Assembly: GCA_002411005.1 (NCBI GenBank)
Contig: DHQC01000009.1
Location: 36,404-100,403 of the forward strand
DNA: 64,000 nucleotides
From: Bacillales bacterium UBA5348
GTDB lineage: Bacteria; Bacillota_I; Bacilli_A; RF39; UBA660
Direction of reading: 5' to 3'
Positions 28,394 to 37,491 of this stretch are shown here, piece after piece; within the stretch, counting starts at the first letter, position 1; the number at the start of each line of letters is the position of its first letter. Under the pieces are notes generated by a model, which made no database searches, was not told the origin of the DNA, and saw nothing but the letters and a program-made list of their open reading frames with translations. The translations under genes were made by a program, and so were the position numbers.

Positions 28394-28900
28394 ATGAAGA
28401 AATATAAAAATTATTTGATTTTAATACTGCTTTTAATTGCTAGTATTATAGGCTGTATTTATGCTTTAAAATGGCATACTGTTTATTTAGAAGATAAACT
28501 TAACACGACAATTATTACTGATTATATTCACGAACTTAAAAAGGAAGAATTTACCAATTATCTTAGTGAAAGCCCATATTCTATTATTTATATTGGTGTT
28601 ACTGGCGATGAAAATTGTCGTAGATTCGAAAAAAAGTTTAAAGATTATATCGTTAATAATAATTTAAGGGAAAATATTGTATACATGAATGTTAATGAAT
28701 TAATGGGAGATAATTTTAACACTAAATTAGATAATATTTATAATACTAAGAAATTTCGTGATGAGGGAAAAAGCTTTAAAGAAGTTCCAGCTATAGCTGT
28801 TTATAACCATACTACATTAGTGGACTTTGTTAGCGATAAGGATTTAACTGTTGAAAGAGTTGAGAAATTATTAAAGAAATATAATTTCCTTGATCAATAA
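28394..28900 (+). CDS. Membrane-anchored hypothetical protein, possible redox-inactive thioredoxin-like fold
   Basis: N-terminal anchor and the same general layout as 20581-21045, but without a CxxC/CxxS motif. Confidence 0.45.
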   Translation: MKKYKNYLILILLLIASIIGCIYALKWHTVYLEDKLNTTIITDYIHELKKEEFTNYLSESPYSIIYIGVTGDENCRRFEKKFKDYIVNNNLRENIVYMNVNELMGDNFNTKLDNIYNTKKFRDEGKSFKEVPAIAVYNHTTLVDFVSDKDLTVERVEKLLKKYNFLDQ

Positions 28901-28901
28901 C

Positions 28902-29411
28902 ATGATAAATATAGTTTTATACCAACCAGAGATTCCTGGGAATACTGGTAATATTATGCGTACTTGTGTCGCGACTAACACAAAACTTCATTTAATTAAA
29001 CCACTTGGCTTTTCTCTTGATGATAAACATATGAAGCGTAGTGGTCTTGATTATATAAAATATTTAGATTGTGTTGTTTATGAAAACTATGAAGAATTTA
29101 CTCAACAAAATAAAGGTATGTATTACTATTTAACGAGGTATGGAAATAAACCGCATACTTCTTTTGATTATAGCGACAGTACGGAAAATATATATTTAAT
29201 TTTTGGCAAAGAAAGTACTGGAATACCAAAGGAAATCTTAAAAGACAGTTTGGATCATTGTATGAGAATACCTATGACTAATAAAACGAGAGCTTTAAAT
29301 CTATCTAATTGTGCAGCTATAATGGTTTATGAGGTTCTAAGACAGCAAAATTATAATGAGTTATTAAAAACAGAACCATTTAAAGGGGAAGATTATTTAA
29401 CAAGGGACTAA
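28902..29411 (+). CDS. trmL: tRNA (cytidine/uridine-2'-O)-methyltransferase TrmL (SpoU family)
   Basis: MINIVLYQPEIPGNTGNIMRTC N-terminus, and FGKESTGIP and LNLSN motifs. Confidence 0.85.
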   Translation: MINIVLYQPEIPGNTGNIMRTCVATNTKLHLIKPLGFSLDDKHMKRSGLDYIKYLDCVVYENYEEFTQQNKGMYYYLTRYGNKPHTSFDYSDSTENIYLIFGKESTGIPKEILKDSLDHCMRIPMTNKTRALNLSNCAAIMVYEVLRQQNYNELLKTEPFKGEDYLTRD

Positions 29412-29434
29412 CAACAATGTTTTTGTTGTTTTTT
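29411..29434 (+). terminator. Terminator after trmL
   Basis: ACAACAA-TGTTT-TTGTTGT followed by TTTTT. Confidence 0.55.
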
Positions 29435-29508
29435 ACTTATATAATAAAAATTATTAAATAAAAAGATGTTATAAAATTAAGTTAAGACAATTCCTTGACA
29501 AAATATAC

Positions 29509-29536
29509 TTGAAAACCATCAATTTTATGCTATACT
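29509..29536 (+). promoter_or_regulatory. Candidate promoter of the Tad/T4SS cluster (TTGAAA-16 nt-TGC-TATACT, extended -10)
   Basis: Hexamers at 29509-29514 and 29531-29536, with a TG at -15/-14. Confidence 0.45.
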
Positions 29537-29559
29537 TATTACAGTAGAGTGATATTGGA

Positions 29560-30261
29560 GTGATGAAGCTAATGAAAAAATTGTTATCGTTTTTATTAAT
29601 AATTAGTTTATTTTTAGTTTTCAAACCTAATGTTATCGCTTTAGATACTGCTTGTACACAGGAGGAACGACTTAAATTAAGGCAAACTGCATCTCTCACA
29701 ACTATTAAATATGATTTAATGGATTATGAATATGCTGTGTTTTTTGATGTGACCATATCTGGATTTACTAAGGATATGTATGCAGCTGTGCCTGATGAAA
29801 ATTATGCTTTTTCTTATGTAGAAGGAACTAATACATCAAGGGAAGCCGATTTTACTCCTGGCAAAACCTATAAATTAGAATTTTATGCCACTGATGGGAC
29901 TAAATGCCCTGGAGAAAAAATTTTGACTAAATATCTTCAAATCCCACCTTATAATCATTATTCAAAAAATAAAATATGTGAAGGATATGAGGATTTTGAA
30001 TTGTGTAAAAAACATACTAATTTGTATAAAAGTATAAAAACGGAAGAAGATTTTGTCAAACGAGTTCAGCAATATATTAATTCGGTAAAAAATAATTCTG
30101 CAGACAAAAAAGATAATGACGATAACAAACAAGTTTCATTTTTGGAGAAGACTCTTGTTTTTTTGAACAAGTATTATTTATATATATTTATACCAATAAT
30201 AGTAGTTGGTACTGTTAGTATTATAGTTATTCAAGTACAAAAGAGGAGAAGCATATTATGA
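29560..30261 (+). CDS. Secreted protein with a C-terminal TM anchor, unknown function (first gene of the cluster)
   Basis: Signal peptide (..FKPNVIA/LD), an ectodomain with 5 Cys, and a C-terminal helix followed by QKRRSIL. The start could instead be the ATG at 29563 or 29572. Confidence 0.55.
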   Translation: MMKLMKKLLSFLLIISLFLVFKPNVIALDTACTQEERLKLRQTASLTTIKYDLMDYEYAVFFDVTISGFTKDMYAAVPDENYAFSYVEGTNTSREADFTPGKTYKLEFYATDGTKCPGEKILTKYLQIPPYNHYSKNKICEGYEDFELCKKHTNLYKSIKTEEDFVKRVQQYINSVKNNSADKKDNDDNKQVSFLEKTLVFLNKYYLYIFIPIIVVGTVSIIVIQVQKRRSIL

Positions 30262-33131
30262 AAAAGTTTATTATAATCTCTTTACTTATTTTTAGTGTGT
30301 TTTTTGTTAAAATGAATTCGGCTTCTGCTTTTTATGGTCCATATAATTATGATATTAATCTTATTAGAGTTGTTGATGGGGAACTTTCTCCTGGTGTGCC
30401 TGGTAAAATATTACAAATCTTTGGGTGGGCAGTAGCTAATAATAATAGTCAAAATGCTCATAATATTCAACCGGATTACATACTTCAAATGGTGAATAAG
30501 AATGGGGAAGTTGTTTATTCAACTACAGACACTGCTGGAAAACCAGACTATTCGTCTCCTTCCAGTGATCCGCATGATTTTAATCATTCATATTACGAAC
30601 AATATGCTGGTTTTAAGCATTATACAGATTATCCAACGGATTACAAAAGAGCTATAGCTGTTAGAGATTCAGGAAATTATATGTATATGAATAATAATTT
30701 TGCTTTTGGTGTAGGTTTAGATAAAATAACTAAAATACTTAAAGAAAATGAAGAACTCAGCATGAATTTGGTAATAAATCAAAGTGGTGGGGATAGAACC
30801 GTTTATGGTGTTTATTTTTATCAACCCTCTTTTACTGTAACCATCCCAAACATAAGTGCTCAAACGAGTAGTATTGCAGAATCAGCTAAAAATCTTGATT
30901 TTTTTGAATTGATTGGTTCGGTTACCAAAATCACAACGTTAGTAAATCATGGTATCGTTCAGCGTTCACAAAACTTAGGTGGTCAACCGCGTCGTCCTTA
31001 TACTTACGCTGTACCTGCCGATTTTGATGTTTTAGATAGAATAGTTCAATGGAATAATGTTGCGAGGTACAATATAAATACTTATAAAATTAATTATTAT
31101 ATTAGTGGTGGTCTTGCTTATAATGGCGGTTATCAGATTGGTTATATACCAGCTACCTGGTCAGAACCGTTTCACGGCGGACTAACCCCAGGTCTTAGAA
31201 TAATACCAAAGATAGATCCTTGTGAGACAATTCCTGAATGTATTGCTTTGTCAGAAGATTGCCCTGTGGTATGTTGTGTTGATTTATGTGATGCTGGAGA
31301 AAACGAGGGAAGTGACTTCTGTAATGTTTGTAATGCTCCTGAACCTCCTGAAGATATTTGTCTTGAAGAGGAAGATGCAACGAAACAGTATTGTTGTTAT
31401 CATCCAGAAGATACCGAACTTTGTGAACCAGATGACAATCCAGACGATGATCCAGAGTTTCCATCATATGATTCTGATCCTGATAATAGGTCAGCGGTAT
31501 GTAGTAATTCCGGAACAACAGAAGTTAAATTTAAGTTTCCTAAGGATGGATGGGGTCACACATTAGAAGATAATCAAGCTTGTGTAGTTAGTTGTGAAGA
31601 AGAAATAAAAGTTACTTTCCAACCAACACAATCTGTTAGAGCTGGTATGGGATGGAGTTATCCAATCTCTTCAGATGGTACAAGAATATGTGCAGCATCA
31701 TATAAAAATGTTGAATGGACAGCTAAGATGAATGCGGCAGTTGCTGCTGCAAAAGAAGCTTATAATAATATGAAATCCGCTCTTGAAGATGCCAATGATG
31801 AAGCAACCGATTGTGGTGATAGAGAAAGAGTAGATTTTGTAGTTACTGATTCAGATAGTTGCTGTGAATGTGGTGGATGTTCAGCACATGCTGATTGTTC
31901 TTGCCCAAGTACTAATAGCTATAATAGCAGTAACTACAATACTTATGCTTATTTATTTGATAACATCAAAGAAGAAAAAAACATTATTTTTGCTAAGGCT
32001 AGTTTTAATAAAGGGTATCTTGTGTATAATGTTAATAGACCCTTGCTAGCAGAAGGGGAAGAAGAAGAAGATGAATGCGATATGGGATGTGATTCTGATT
32101 CCTGCAGCAATGATTGTTATGAATATATTTGTTCTGGAAATGGTGACGATTGGGATAGTGGACAATCAGCTGTTAAGAGTGATTTAGGAAGAGCAAAAAC
32201 TTATAAAGATGAGTATGATAATCAGAAAGAAATAATTGATGAACTTAACAGAGATAGAAATACATGCGATAATTGGATAAGTAATAATGTTTATATAAAT
32301 AATTCGGAAACAACTATTAGTATTGATTTGCCTGACCAATCAAGTTATACTTTGACAAGCAATATTTATAGCCCTATAGATAGTTCTTTTGTGAATGGTA
32401 GACTCTTTGAAAGTTCATATGATGTAAAATATTGTAACTATGGTTCACATGGCGTTTCAAAATCTTCATATAACAAATTTAGGACCGGAACTTTTGATAG
32501 AGGAGAATATTGTCTTAGTACATATAATGAAGCGACTATATTTAAGGATTTCTGGGTTGAAAAATCAATTAGAAATATGACTTTTGAATTTTCAACTGAA
32601 TATTATGTTCAGAGATATACAGGTGAATTAGCAACTACGGATTTACCTGGTTATGATTACGATGGACGTTATTCATATACAGATTTCTATACAAGAACTG
32701 GTAGTTATCCTTTCTCGCTTAGTATGACGAGAATCGGGCCAAATCTTGGTACAGTACCAAAATTATGGTCAATAGACCCATTTACTTGTCAATACGAGGT
32801 AGATAATAGAATTTTTCCACCTGATGGCGATGATAATGAACCACCTTATGGAAATGAAGCATTTATGTATAGACAAATATCACTAGTTGATCCTTTTCCA
32901 AATAGATCCCCTGGTGAGAATTGGCAGGGTAAAGAACGTATGATCACATCAAAAGGGTATTCGATTTATGGAGAAGAACCTAAATACGAGATACTTCTTA
33001 ATCCGGGTATAATGCAAGGGATTAGGTCAACATATGGAAATGATTATGGTTCATTTAATATTAATAATCCATATAAGAGTATAATGGTTGAAACATATAT
33101 TAATAATGGCGTCATTAATAAGAGAAGGTAG
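30258..33131 (+). CDS. 957-aa secreted protein with three Cys-rich/acidic islands (candidate pilus-associated adhesin)
   Basis: Sec signal peptide (MNSASA/FY), an ATGA overlap with the upstream gene, no LPXTG motif and no C-terminal anchor. Confidence 0.6.
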   Translation: MKKFIIISLLIFSVFFVKMNSASAFYGPYNYDINLIRVVDGELSPGVPGKILQIFGWAVANNNSQNAHNIQPDYILQMVNKNGEVVYSTTDTAGKPDYSSPSSDPHDFNHSYYEQYAGFKHYTDYPTDYKRAIAVRDSGNYMYMNNNFAFGVGLDKITKILKENEELSMNLVINQSGGDRTVYGVYFYQPSFTVTIPNISAQTSSIAESAKNLDFFELIGSVTKITTLVNHGIVQRSQNLGGQPRRPYTYAVPADFDVLDRIVQWNNVARYNINTYKINYYISGGLAYNGGYQIGYIPATWSEPFHGGLTPGLRIIPKIDPCETIPECIALSEDCPVVCCVDLCDAGENEGSDFCNVCNAPEPPEDICLEEEDATKQYCCYHPEDTELCEPDDNPDDDPEFPSYDSDPDNRSAVCSNSGTTEVKFKFPKDGWGHTLEDNQACVVSCEEEIKVTFQPTQSVRAGMGWSYPISSDGTRICAASYKNVEWTAKMNAAVAAAKEAYNNMKSALEDANDEATDCGDRERVDFVVTDSDSCCECGGCSAHADCSCPSTNSYNSSNYNTYAYLFDNIKEEKNIIFAKASFNKGYLVYNVNRPLLAEGEEEEDECDMGCDSDSCSNDCYEYICSGNGDDWDSGQSAVKSDLGRAKTYKDEYDNQKEIIDELNRDRNTCDNWISNNVYINNSETTISIDLPDQSSYTLTSNIYSPIDSSFVNGRLFESSYDVKYCNYGSHGVSKSSYNKFRTGTFDRGEYCLSTYNEATIFKDFWVEKSIRNMTFEFSTEYYVQRYTGELATTDLPGYDYDGRYSYTDFYTRTGSYPFSLSMTRIGPNLGTVPKLWSIDPFTCQYEVDNRIFPPDGDDNEPPYGNEAFMYRQISLVDPFPNRSPGENWQGKERMITSKGYSIYGEEPKYEILLNPGIMQGIRSTYGNDYGSFNINNPYKSIMVETYINNGVINKRR

Positions 33132-33139
33132 GTAGAAAA

Positions 33140-33544
33140 ATGAAGGAATCATATTGGGGGTTATTCGTTATCATCCTCGGAATTATTGGCATTTCTATGT
33201 TAAATGTTTTACAAAATGTCACAACAACGAATGAAAATAACTACTATCTTCTAAAAGAGGTGACTGAGGCTTCAATGTTTGATGCTGTAGATTTAGGTCA
33301 TTATCGTAAGACAGGCGAATTAAAAATAATAGAGGATAAATTTGTTGAAAACTTTATGCGTAGATTCTCTGCATCTTATGGAAGAACAACGACATTTAAT
33401 GTAGGGATTTATGATATAATAGAATTACCGCCTAAGGTAAGCTTGGTTGTGGAGGTGGGTCAAAGTTTAAAAGTGTATAATTATGAAGCTGTAGATTTTG
33501 ACATTACTAACAGAGTTGATGCTATCTTAGAAACAAAATATTGA
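33140..33544 (+). CDS. TadE-like pseudopilin candidate (134 aa)
   Basis: Short charged leader MKESYWG followed by a 20-aa hydrophobic segment. Same size and layout as the ORF at 37492-37896. Confidence 0.45.
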   Translation: MKESYWGLFVIILGIIGISMLNVLQNVTTTNENNYYLLKEVTEASMFDAVDLGHYRKTGELKIIEDKFVENFMRRFSASYGRTTTFNVGIYDIIELPPKVSLVVEVGQSLKVYNYEAVDFDITNRVDAILETKY

Positions 33545-33560
33545 TATTAAGGAGGAAAAT

Positions 33561-34412
33561 ATGAAAAATTTAATATTTAATGTTAAAAAGTTCTTAACTA
33601 ACAAAAATTCAGTTACAATCATAGGTGTGTTCTTAGGTATTTTAGTCTTGTATGTTGGTTATAATTATCGTGTACAACAAGCTATTAAACCAGAAAGAAT
33701 ACCTTATGCTCTAACAACTATTCAACCACGACAAAAAATTACAGAGGATATGGTGGGGTATACCAACGTTCCACCTGCAATGATTATGGGAAGCGTTATG
33801 CAAAATGCCAATCTTATTGTTGGTAAATATGCTAACTACAACACTATAATTCCAGAAGGAAGTTTATTCTATTCTGACACAATTATTGGTGCATCTGAAT
33901 TGCCTGATTCAGCTTTTATTGATATTCCAGAAGGAAACGTTCCTTTTAGTTTACCGGTAACAGTTGAAACTACTTATGGTAACTCGATTTTCCCAGGTAA
34001 CTACATTAACATTTATTTTAAGGCTCTTGATGAAGAGGGTAAAGTAATAGTAGGTAAACTTGTTGAAAATATTAAAGTATTAGCTGTTAAAGATACTGAT
34101 GGTAAACATGTTTTTGAAAACACAGATGAAGATAGAAAATCACGTTTTATTATATTTGCTGTTCCTGAAGAATTACATTTAATGCTTAGAAAAGCTTTTT
34201 ATTTAGGTCAAGATCAAGATATAATGGCAGCTATTATTCCTGTACCTAATACTGAATCTTATACTACTGATGTTGGCGCAGTAACTATAACAAATCAATA
34301 TTTAAAAGCTTTCATTGAAATTAATACAGGTTTTGTGCCAGAAGATGAATTGCCAGAATTGAATGAAACAACTCCGCCAATTTTGGATGAAACAACTCCA
34401 CCAACAGAATAA
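33561..34412 (+). CDS. cpaB: CpaB/RcpC-like Flp pilus assembly protein (SAF domain)
   Basis: N-terminal TM helix, a SAF-like segment (IPYALTTIQPRQKITEDMVGYTNVP), and an RcpC-like beta region (NIKVLAV). The C-terminus carries an ETTPPxxxETTPP repeat. Confidence 0.65.
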   Translation: MKNLIFNVKKFLTNKNSVTIIGVFLGILVLYVGYNYRVQQAIKPERIPYALTTIQPRQKITEDMVGYTNVPPAMIMGSVMQNANLIVGKYANYNTIIPEGSLFYSDTIIGASELPDSAFIDIPEGNVPFSLPVTVETTYGNSIFPGNYINIYFKALDEEGKVIVGKLVENIKVLAVKDTDGKHVFENTDEDRKSRFIIFAVPEELHLMLRKAFYLGQDQDIMAAIIPVPNTESYTTDVGAVTITNQYLKAFIEINTGFVPEDELPELNETTPPILDETTPPTE

Positions 34413-34430
34413 AGATGAGGATGTGATTTA

Positions 34431-35531
34431 ATGTACGCAGATAACTTATTTTCAAATATCGATTTTGGGCCTATAAAAGAATACATAGATAATGATGATA
34501 TAACCGATATTTCCTATAGTAATAATGGACAATTATGGTTAAAAAGCCTATCTCAAGGTGTTTATAGAGCTGAAAATCAAAGTGTAAATAATGCGATGAT
34601 TGAAAAAATTGCCTTTCAGTGTTCTAATATTATGGGTAAAACATTTAATATGGCCCATCCCTTTCTAGATGCTGAGAGTGCTGAATTACGTCTTAACTTT
34701 GTTCATGATTCAATCGCAAAAAATGGTATAGCATTGGTTGTTAGAAAAACCCCTGCTAAAATCAGACTAAAGAAAGAAAAAATAATTGAAGAACGTTATA
34801 TTACCGAAGAACTTCATAATTTCCTTATCAAATGTGTAGAAGGTTACTGTAACATCATTGTAAGTGGTGAAACAGGCTCTGGTAAAACTGAATTTGTTAA
34901 ATATTTAGCTTCACATACTAAGGAAAATGATAAACTTATTACAATAGAGGATACTTTGGAATTACACTTAGATAGAATCTTTCCTCATCGTGATATTGTT
35001 GCAATGAAAACAAACAACATTGCGTCTTATTCTGAGGTTCTTGTAACTTGTATGAGACAAAACCCTAAATGGATACTATTATCAGAAGTTCGTAGTGCAG
35101 AAGCTGTTACAGCTGTACGTAACTCAATATCTTCTGGTCACAAAATCCTATCAACAATTCATGCTGAGAGAGCACAATCTATACCTCATCGTATGTATAG
35201 TTTGCTTGAAACAAACCTTGACTTAGACCAATTTTTGAAATCTATTTATAGGTATATTCAATTAGGTGTCCATGTCAGAGGATATATGGATAATACTGAG
35301 GGTAGGTTTAGACGTGAAATAGTTGAAGTATGCGAGTTTTATGTTGATAAAGATAATAATCCTCAATACAATATTATTTATCGTAAGACAACAGAAGGAC
35401 ATGTTATGCAAAATAATCCGTCTCAACAATTAGTTGATTATTTATCTACTAGTGGTGTTATAGTTGCTCCAGATGTTTTTGTTAAACAAGAACCGCAAGC
35501 ACCACAAGAACAAGTTGAAATTTTAATTTAA
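34431..35531 (+). CDS. tadA: CpaF/TadA-family secretion ATPase (T2SSE/VirB11 superfamily)
   Basis: Walker A GETGSGKTEF, ITIEDTLEL Asp box, Walker B ILLSEVR, and His box SGHKILSTIHA. Confidence 0.85.
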   Translation: MYADNLFSNIDFGPIKEYIDNDDITDISYSNNGQLWLKSLSQGVYRAENQSVNNAMIEKIAFQCSNIMGKTFNMAHPFLDAESAELRLNFVHDSIAKNGIALVVRKTPAKIRLKKEKIIEERYITEELHNFLIKCVEGYCNIIVSGETGSGKTEFVKYLASHTKENDKLITIEDTLELHLDRIFPHRDIVAMKTNNIASYSEVLVTCMRQNPKWILLSEVRSAEAVTAVRNSISSGHKILSTIHAERAQSIPHRMYSLLETNLDLDQFLKSIYRYIQLGVHVRGYMDNTEGRFRREIVEVCEFYVDKDNNPQYNIIYRKTTEGHVMQNNPSQQLVDYLSTSGVIVAPDVFVKQEPQAPQEQVEILI

Positions 35532-35550
35532 GTAAAGGTAAGGTGAGAAT

Positions 35551-36450
35551 ATGGAACTGTTGATACTTTCTTTTATTGCTATGTACGTTATTATATATCG
35601 TAGGAATAAAGGACAAAATGTTTATCGTTTTATAATAAATCAAGCATCATCTATATACGAAAAATATGCGCCATATTCGTTTAAGAGTGTAAGTGCTAAA
35701 GCAAAAGAATTGAAGCAAGATTATACAATTAGACAATATACAATTCAAATTGTTATTTTTGCTGGTGGTGCGTTTATAATTTCATGGTTGTACTTTTACA
35801 ATATCTTTATAAGTATCGTATATTGCTTAATTGCTGTATCATTTATTCCTTACCTGGCATATTTGAGATACAAGAAAATATATAGTGAATTCATATTTGA
35901 GCAAATTCAAGTATATACAACTAACACAATTATGGAGTTCTCTGTTACAGAATCATTCGTTAAAGCTCTAGAAGGGGTATATTCGTCTGGTGTGTTAGAG
36001 GATCCAGTATCCACTGATGTTAAGTATATGATTGATTTATCATATCAAAATGGTTCTATTGATGAAGCTATTGAGTATATGAATGGTAAATATGATTTTT
36101 ATATGGTTCGTAATATGCATCAATTATTTTTACAAGTTACTAAAGAGGGTTCAAAAAATGCTGCTAAAGAATCACTTGATAATATGTTACTTGATATAGA
36201 TACCTTAGTTGAAGGTGTTTATACCGATAGAATGAATCGTGATACTTTCCATAAATCTTTTGTACAGTATGGTTTAATGTTATATCTTCTCGTTATGCTT
36301 GTTCAATACATGTTAGGTGTTGATGCTTACATAAAGCTGTTGGAATCGATGGTTTATGTTAAGGTTCTCCTTCATGCTATTATCATTATTAACACGTATT
36401 TCCTTATTAATGGGGAAAAATATTATAATGAGAATGTAGGTGCTGAATAA
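35551..36450 (+). CDS. tadB: TadB-like platform protein (T2SSF domain)
   Basis: TM helices flank a helical cytoplasmic domain with the GspF-like pattern (..SFVKALEGV.., ..GSIDEAIEYM.., ..EGSKNAAKESL..). Confidence 0.6.
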   Translation: MELLILSFIAMYVIIYRRNKGQNVYRFIINQASSIYEKYAPYSFKSVSAKAKELKQDYTIRQYTIQIVIFAGGAFIISWLYFYNIFISIVYCLIAVSFIPYLAYLRYKKIYSEFIFEQIQVYTTNTIMEFSVTESFVKALEGVYSSGVLEDPVSTDVKYMIDLSYQNGSIDEAIEYMNGKYDFYMVRNMHQLFLQVTKEGSKNAAKESLDNMLLDIDTLVEGVYTDRMNRDTFHKSFVQYGLMLYLLVMLVQYMLGVDAYIKLLESMVYVKVLLHAIIIINTYFLINGEKYYNENVGAE

Positions 36451-37232
36451 TGGAAATGATATTAATAGGTATTATAGCCTTTGGTGTATTGGAATATCAC
36501 AAAAAGATAAGCACTAATAAATTTATTAAAGATAACGTTCAATATTTTACAATTCTAAAAGAAGATGATTATGACTTCTTAGTAAAAGCTAAATATGGAG
36601 AAAGTATGGATCCTGAGGTGTTATATTCAACAAGAGTAAAGAACACAGGGATTGTTTTAATAGCTTTGGTATGTTTTTTCTTATATGATTTTTCATTTAT
36701 AAATATGTTATTAGCATTTGTTCTTGGATATTTATATTTTAAAATGCAATACAATAGTTTGAAATCTTATTATAAGAAGCATTTGCATCAAATCAACTTA
36801 AAATTACCATATTTTCTAAAAACAATGGAGATATTAGCGCAACACTATACAATTCCAGTTGCATTATCAAGATCTATATCTTCTTCTCCTGATATCTTTA
36901 AACCAGGACTAAGAGAATTAGTAGAAAAAATAAACGCTGGTGATTCATCAGTTGAACCTTATATGGAATTTGCAAAACAATATCCGGTAAGTGATTCGGT
37001 TCGTATGATGAGGCTTTTATATCGTTTAGGTTTAGGTGGCCAAGAGGAGAAACATGAGCAGTTAATTATGTTCTCAAGAGGTGTATCTTCTTTACAAAAT
37101 AAAGCTAGAGATCAAAAATATAGAGATAGATTAAAAGTAATGGAAAACAAGACATTTGTTATGTTAGGTGTAACGGGTGCAGGTGTCATGATATTATTAT
37201 TATTGTCAGTTGTACAGATGATGCAATTTTAA
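36450..37232 (+). CDS. tadC: TadC-like platform protein (T2SSF domain)
   Basis: Its start overlaps the tadB-like stop (TAATGG). GspF-like helical domain (LPYFLKTMEILAQHYTIPVALSRS.., ..AGDSSVEPYMEFAKQYP) and a C-terminal TM helix. Confidence 0.6.
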   Translation: MEMILIGIIAFGVLEYHKKISTNKFIKDNVQYFTILKEDDYDFLVKAKYGESMDPEVLYSTRVKNTGIVLIALVCFFLYDFSFINMLLAFVLGYLYFKMQYNSLKSYYKKHLHQINLKLPYFLKTMEILAQHYTIPVALSRSISSSPDIFKPGLRELVEKINAGDSSVEPYMEFAKQYPVSDSVRMMRLLYRLGLGGQEEKHEQLIMFSRGVSSLQNKARDQKYRDRLKVMENKTFVMLGVTGAGVMILLLLSVVQMMQF

Positions 37233-37296
37233 TTATTGTAAAATAGACCAATCTAATATATAATAGAATTACATACTGAAAGGAGGTTTGCAGTAA

Positions 37297-37461
37297 ATGA
37301 AAGAGGCTACAGGTGAATTAAACATGACTGTTATAACAGTAATAGCTATAGCTGCAATCGGAGCATTTTTGGCATTCTTTTTGCCAGGGATTCTTGATAC
37401 AATCCAAACAAATTGGGAACAAAGCCAGGAATGTTTAGACCCAAGATATTGTAATGATTAA
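37297..37461 (+). CDS. 54-aa Flp-like pilin candidate (not in the supplied ORF track)
   Basis: AGGAGG RBS at 37281-37286. Translation is MKEATGELNMTVITVIAIAAIGAFLAFFLPGILDTIQTNWEQSQECLDPRYCND: a short charged leader ending in Gly, a hydrophobic helix, and a short tail with 2 Cys. Lies between the tadC-like and tadE-like genes. Confidence 0.6.
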   Translation: MKEATGELNMTVITVIAIAAIGAFLAFFLPGILDTIQTNWEQSQECLDPRYCND

Positions 37462-37491
37462 TATTTAACTTTAAAATAAGAAGGTGATGTA

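Noticed and set aside
31195-31566. Overlapping + and - strand ORFs (114 and 107 aa) within the Cys-rich island of the 957-aa gene
   Set aside because: They fall inside a single long ORF with a signal peptide and coupled start, and no independent start signals are present. They are by-products of biased codon content.
34431-37232. The ATPase plus GspF-like pair as a SpoIIIAA/SpoIIIAB sporulation feeding-tube operon
   Set aside because: Two full-length T2SSF proteins, a CpaB/SAF protein, a TadZ-like protein and pilin-like genes surround the ATPase. No SpoIIIAC-AH-like small membrane proteins follow. The Tad assignment fits better.
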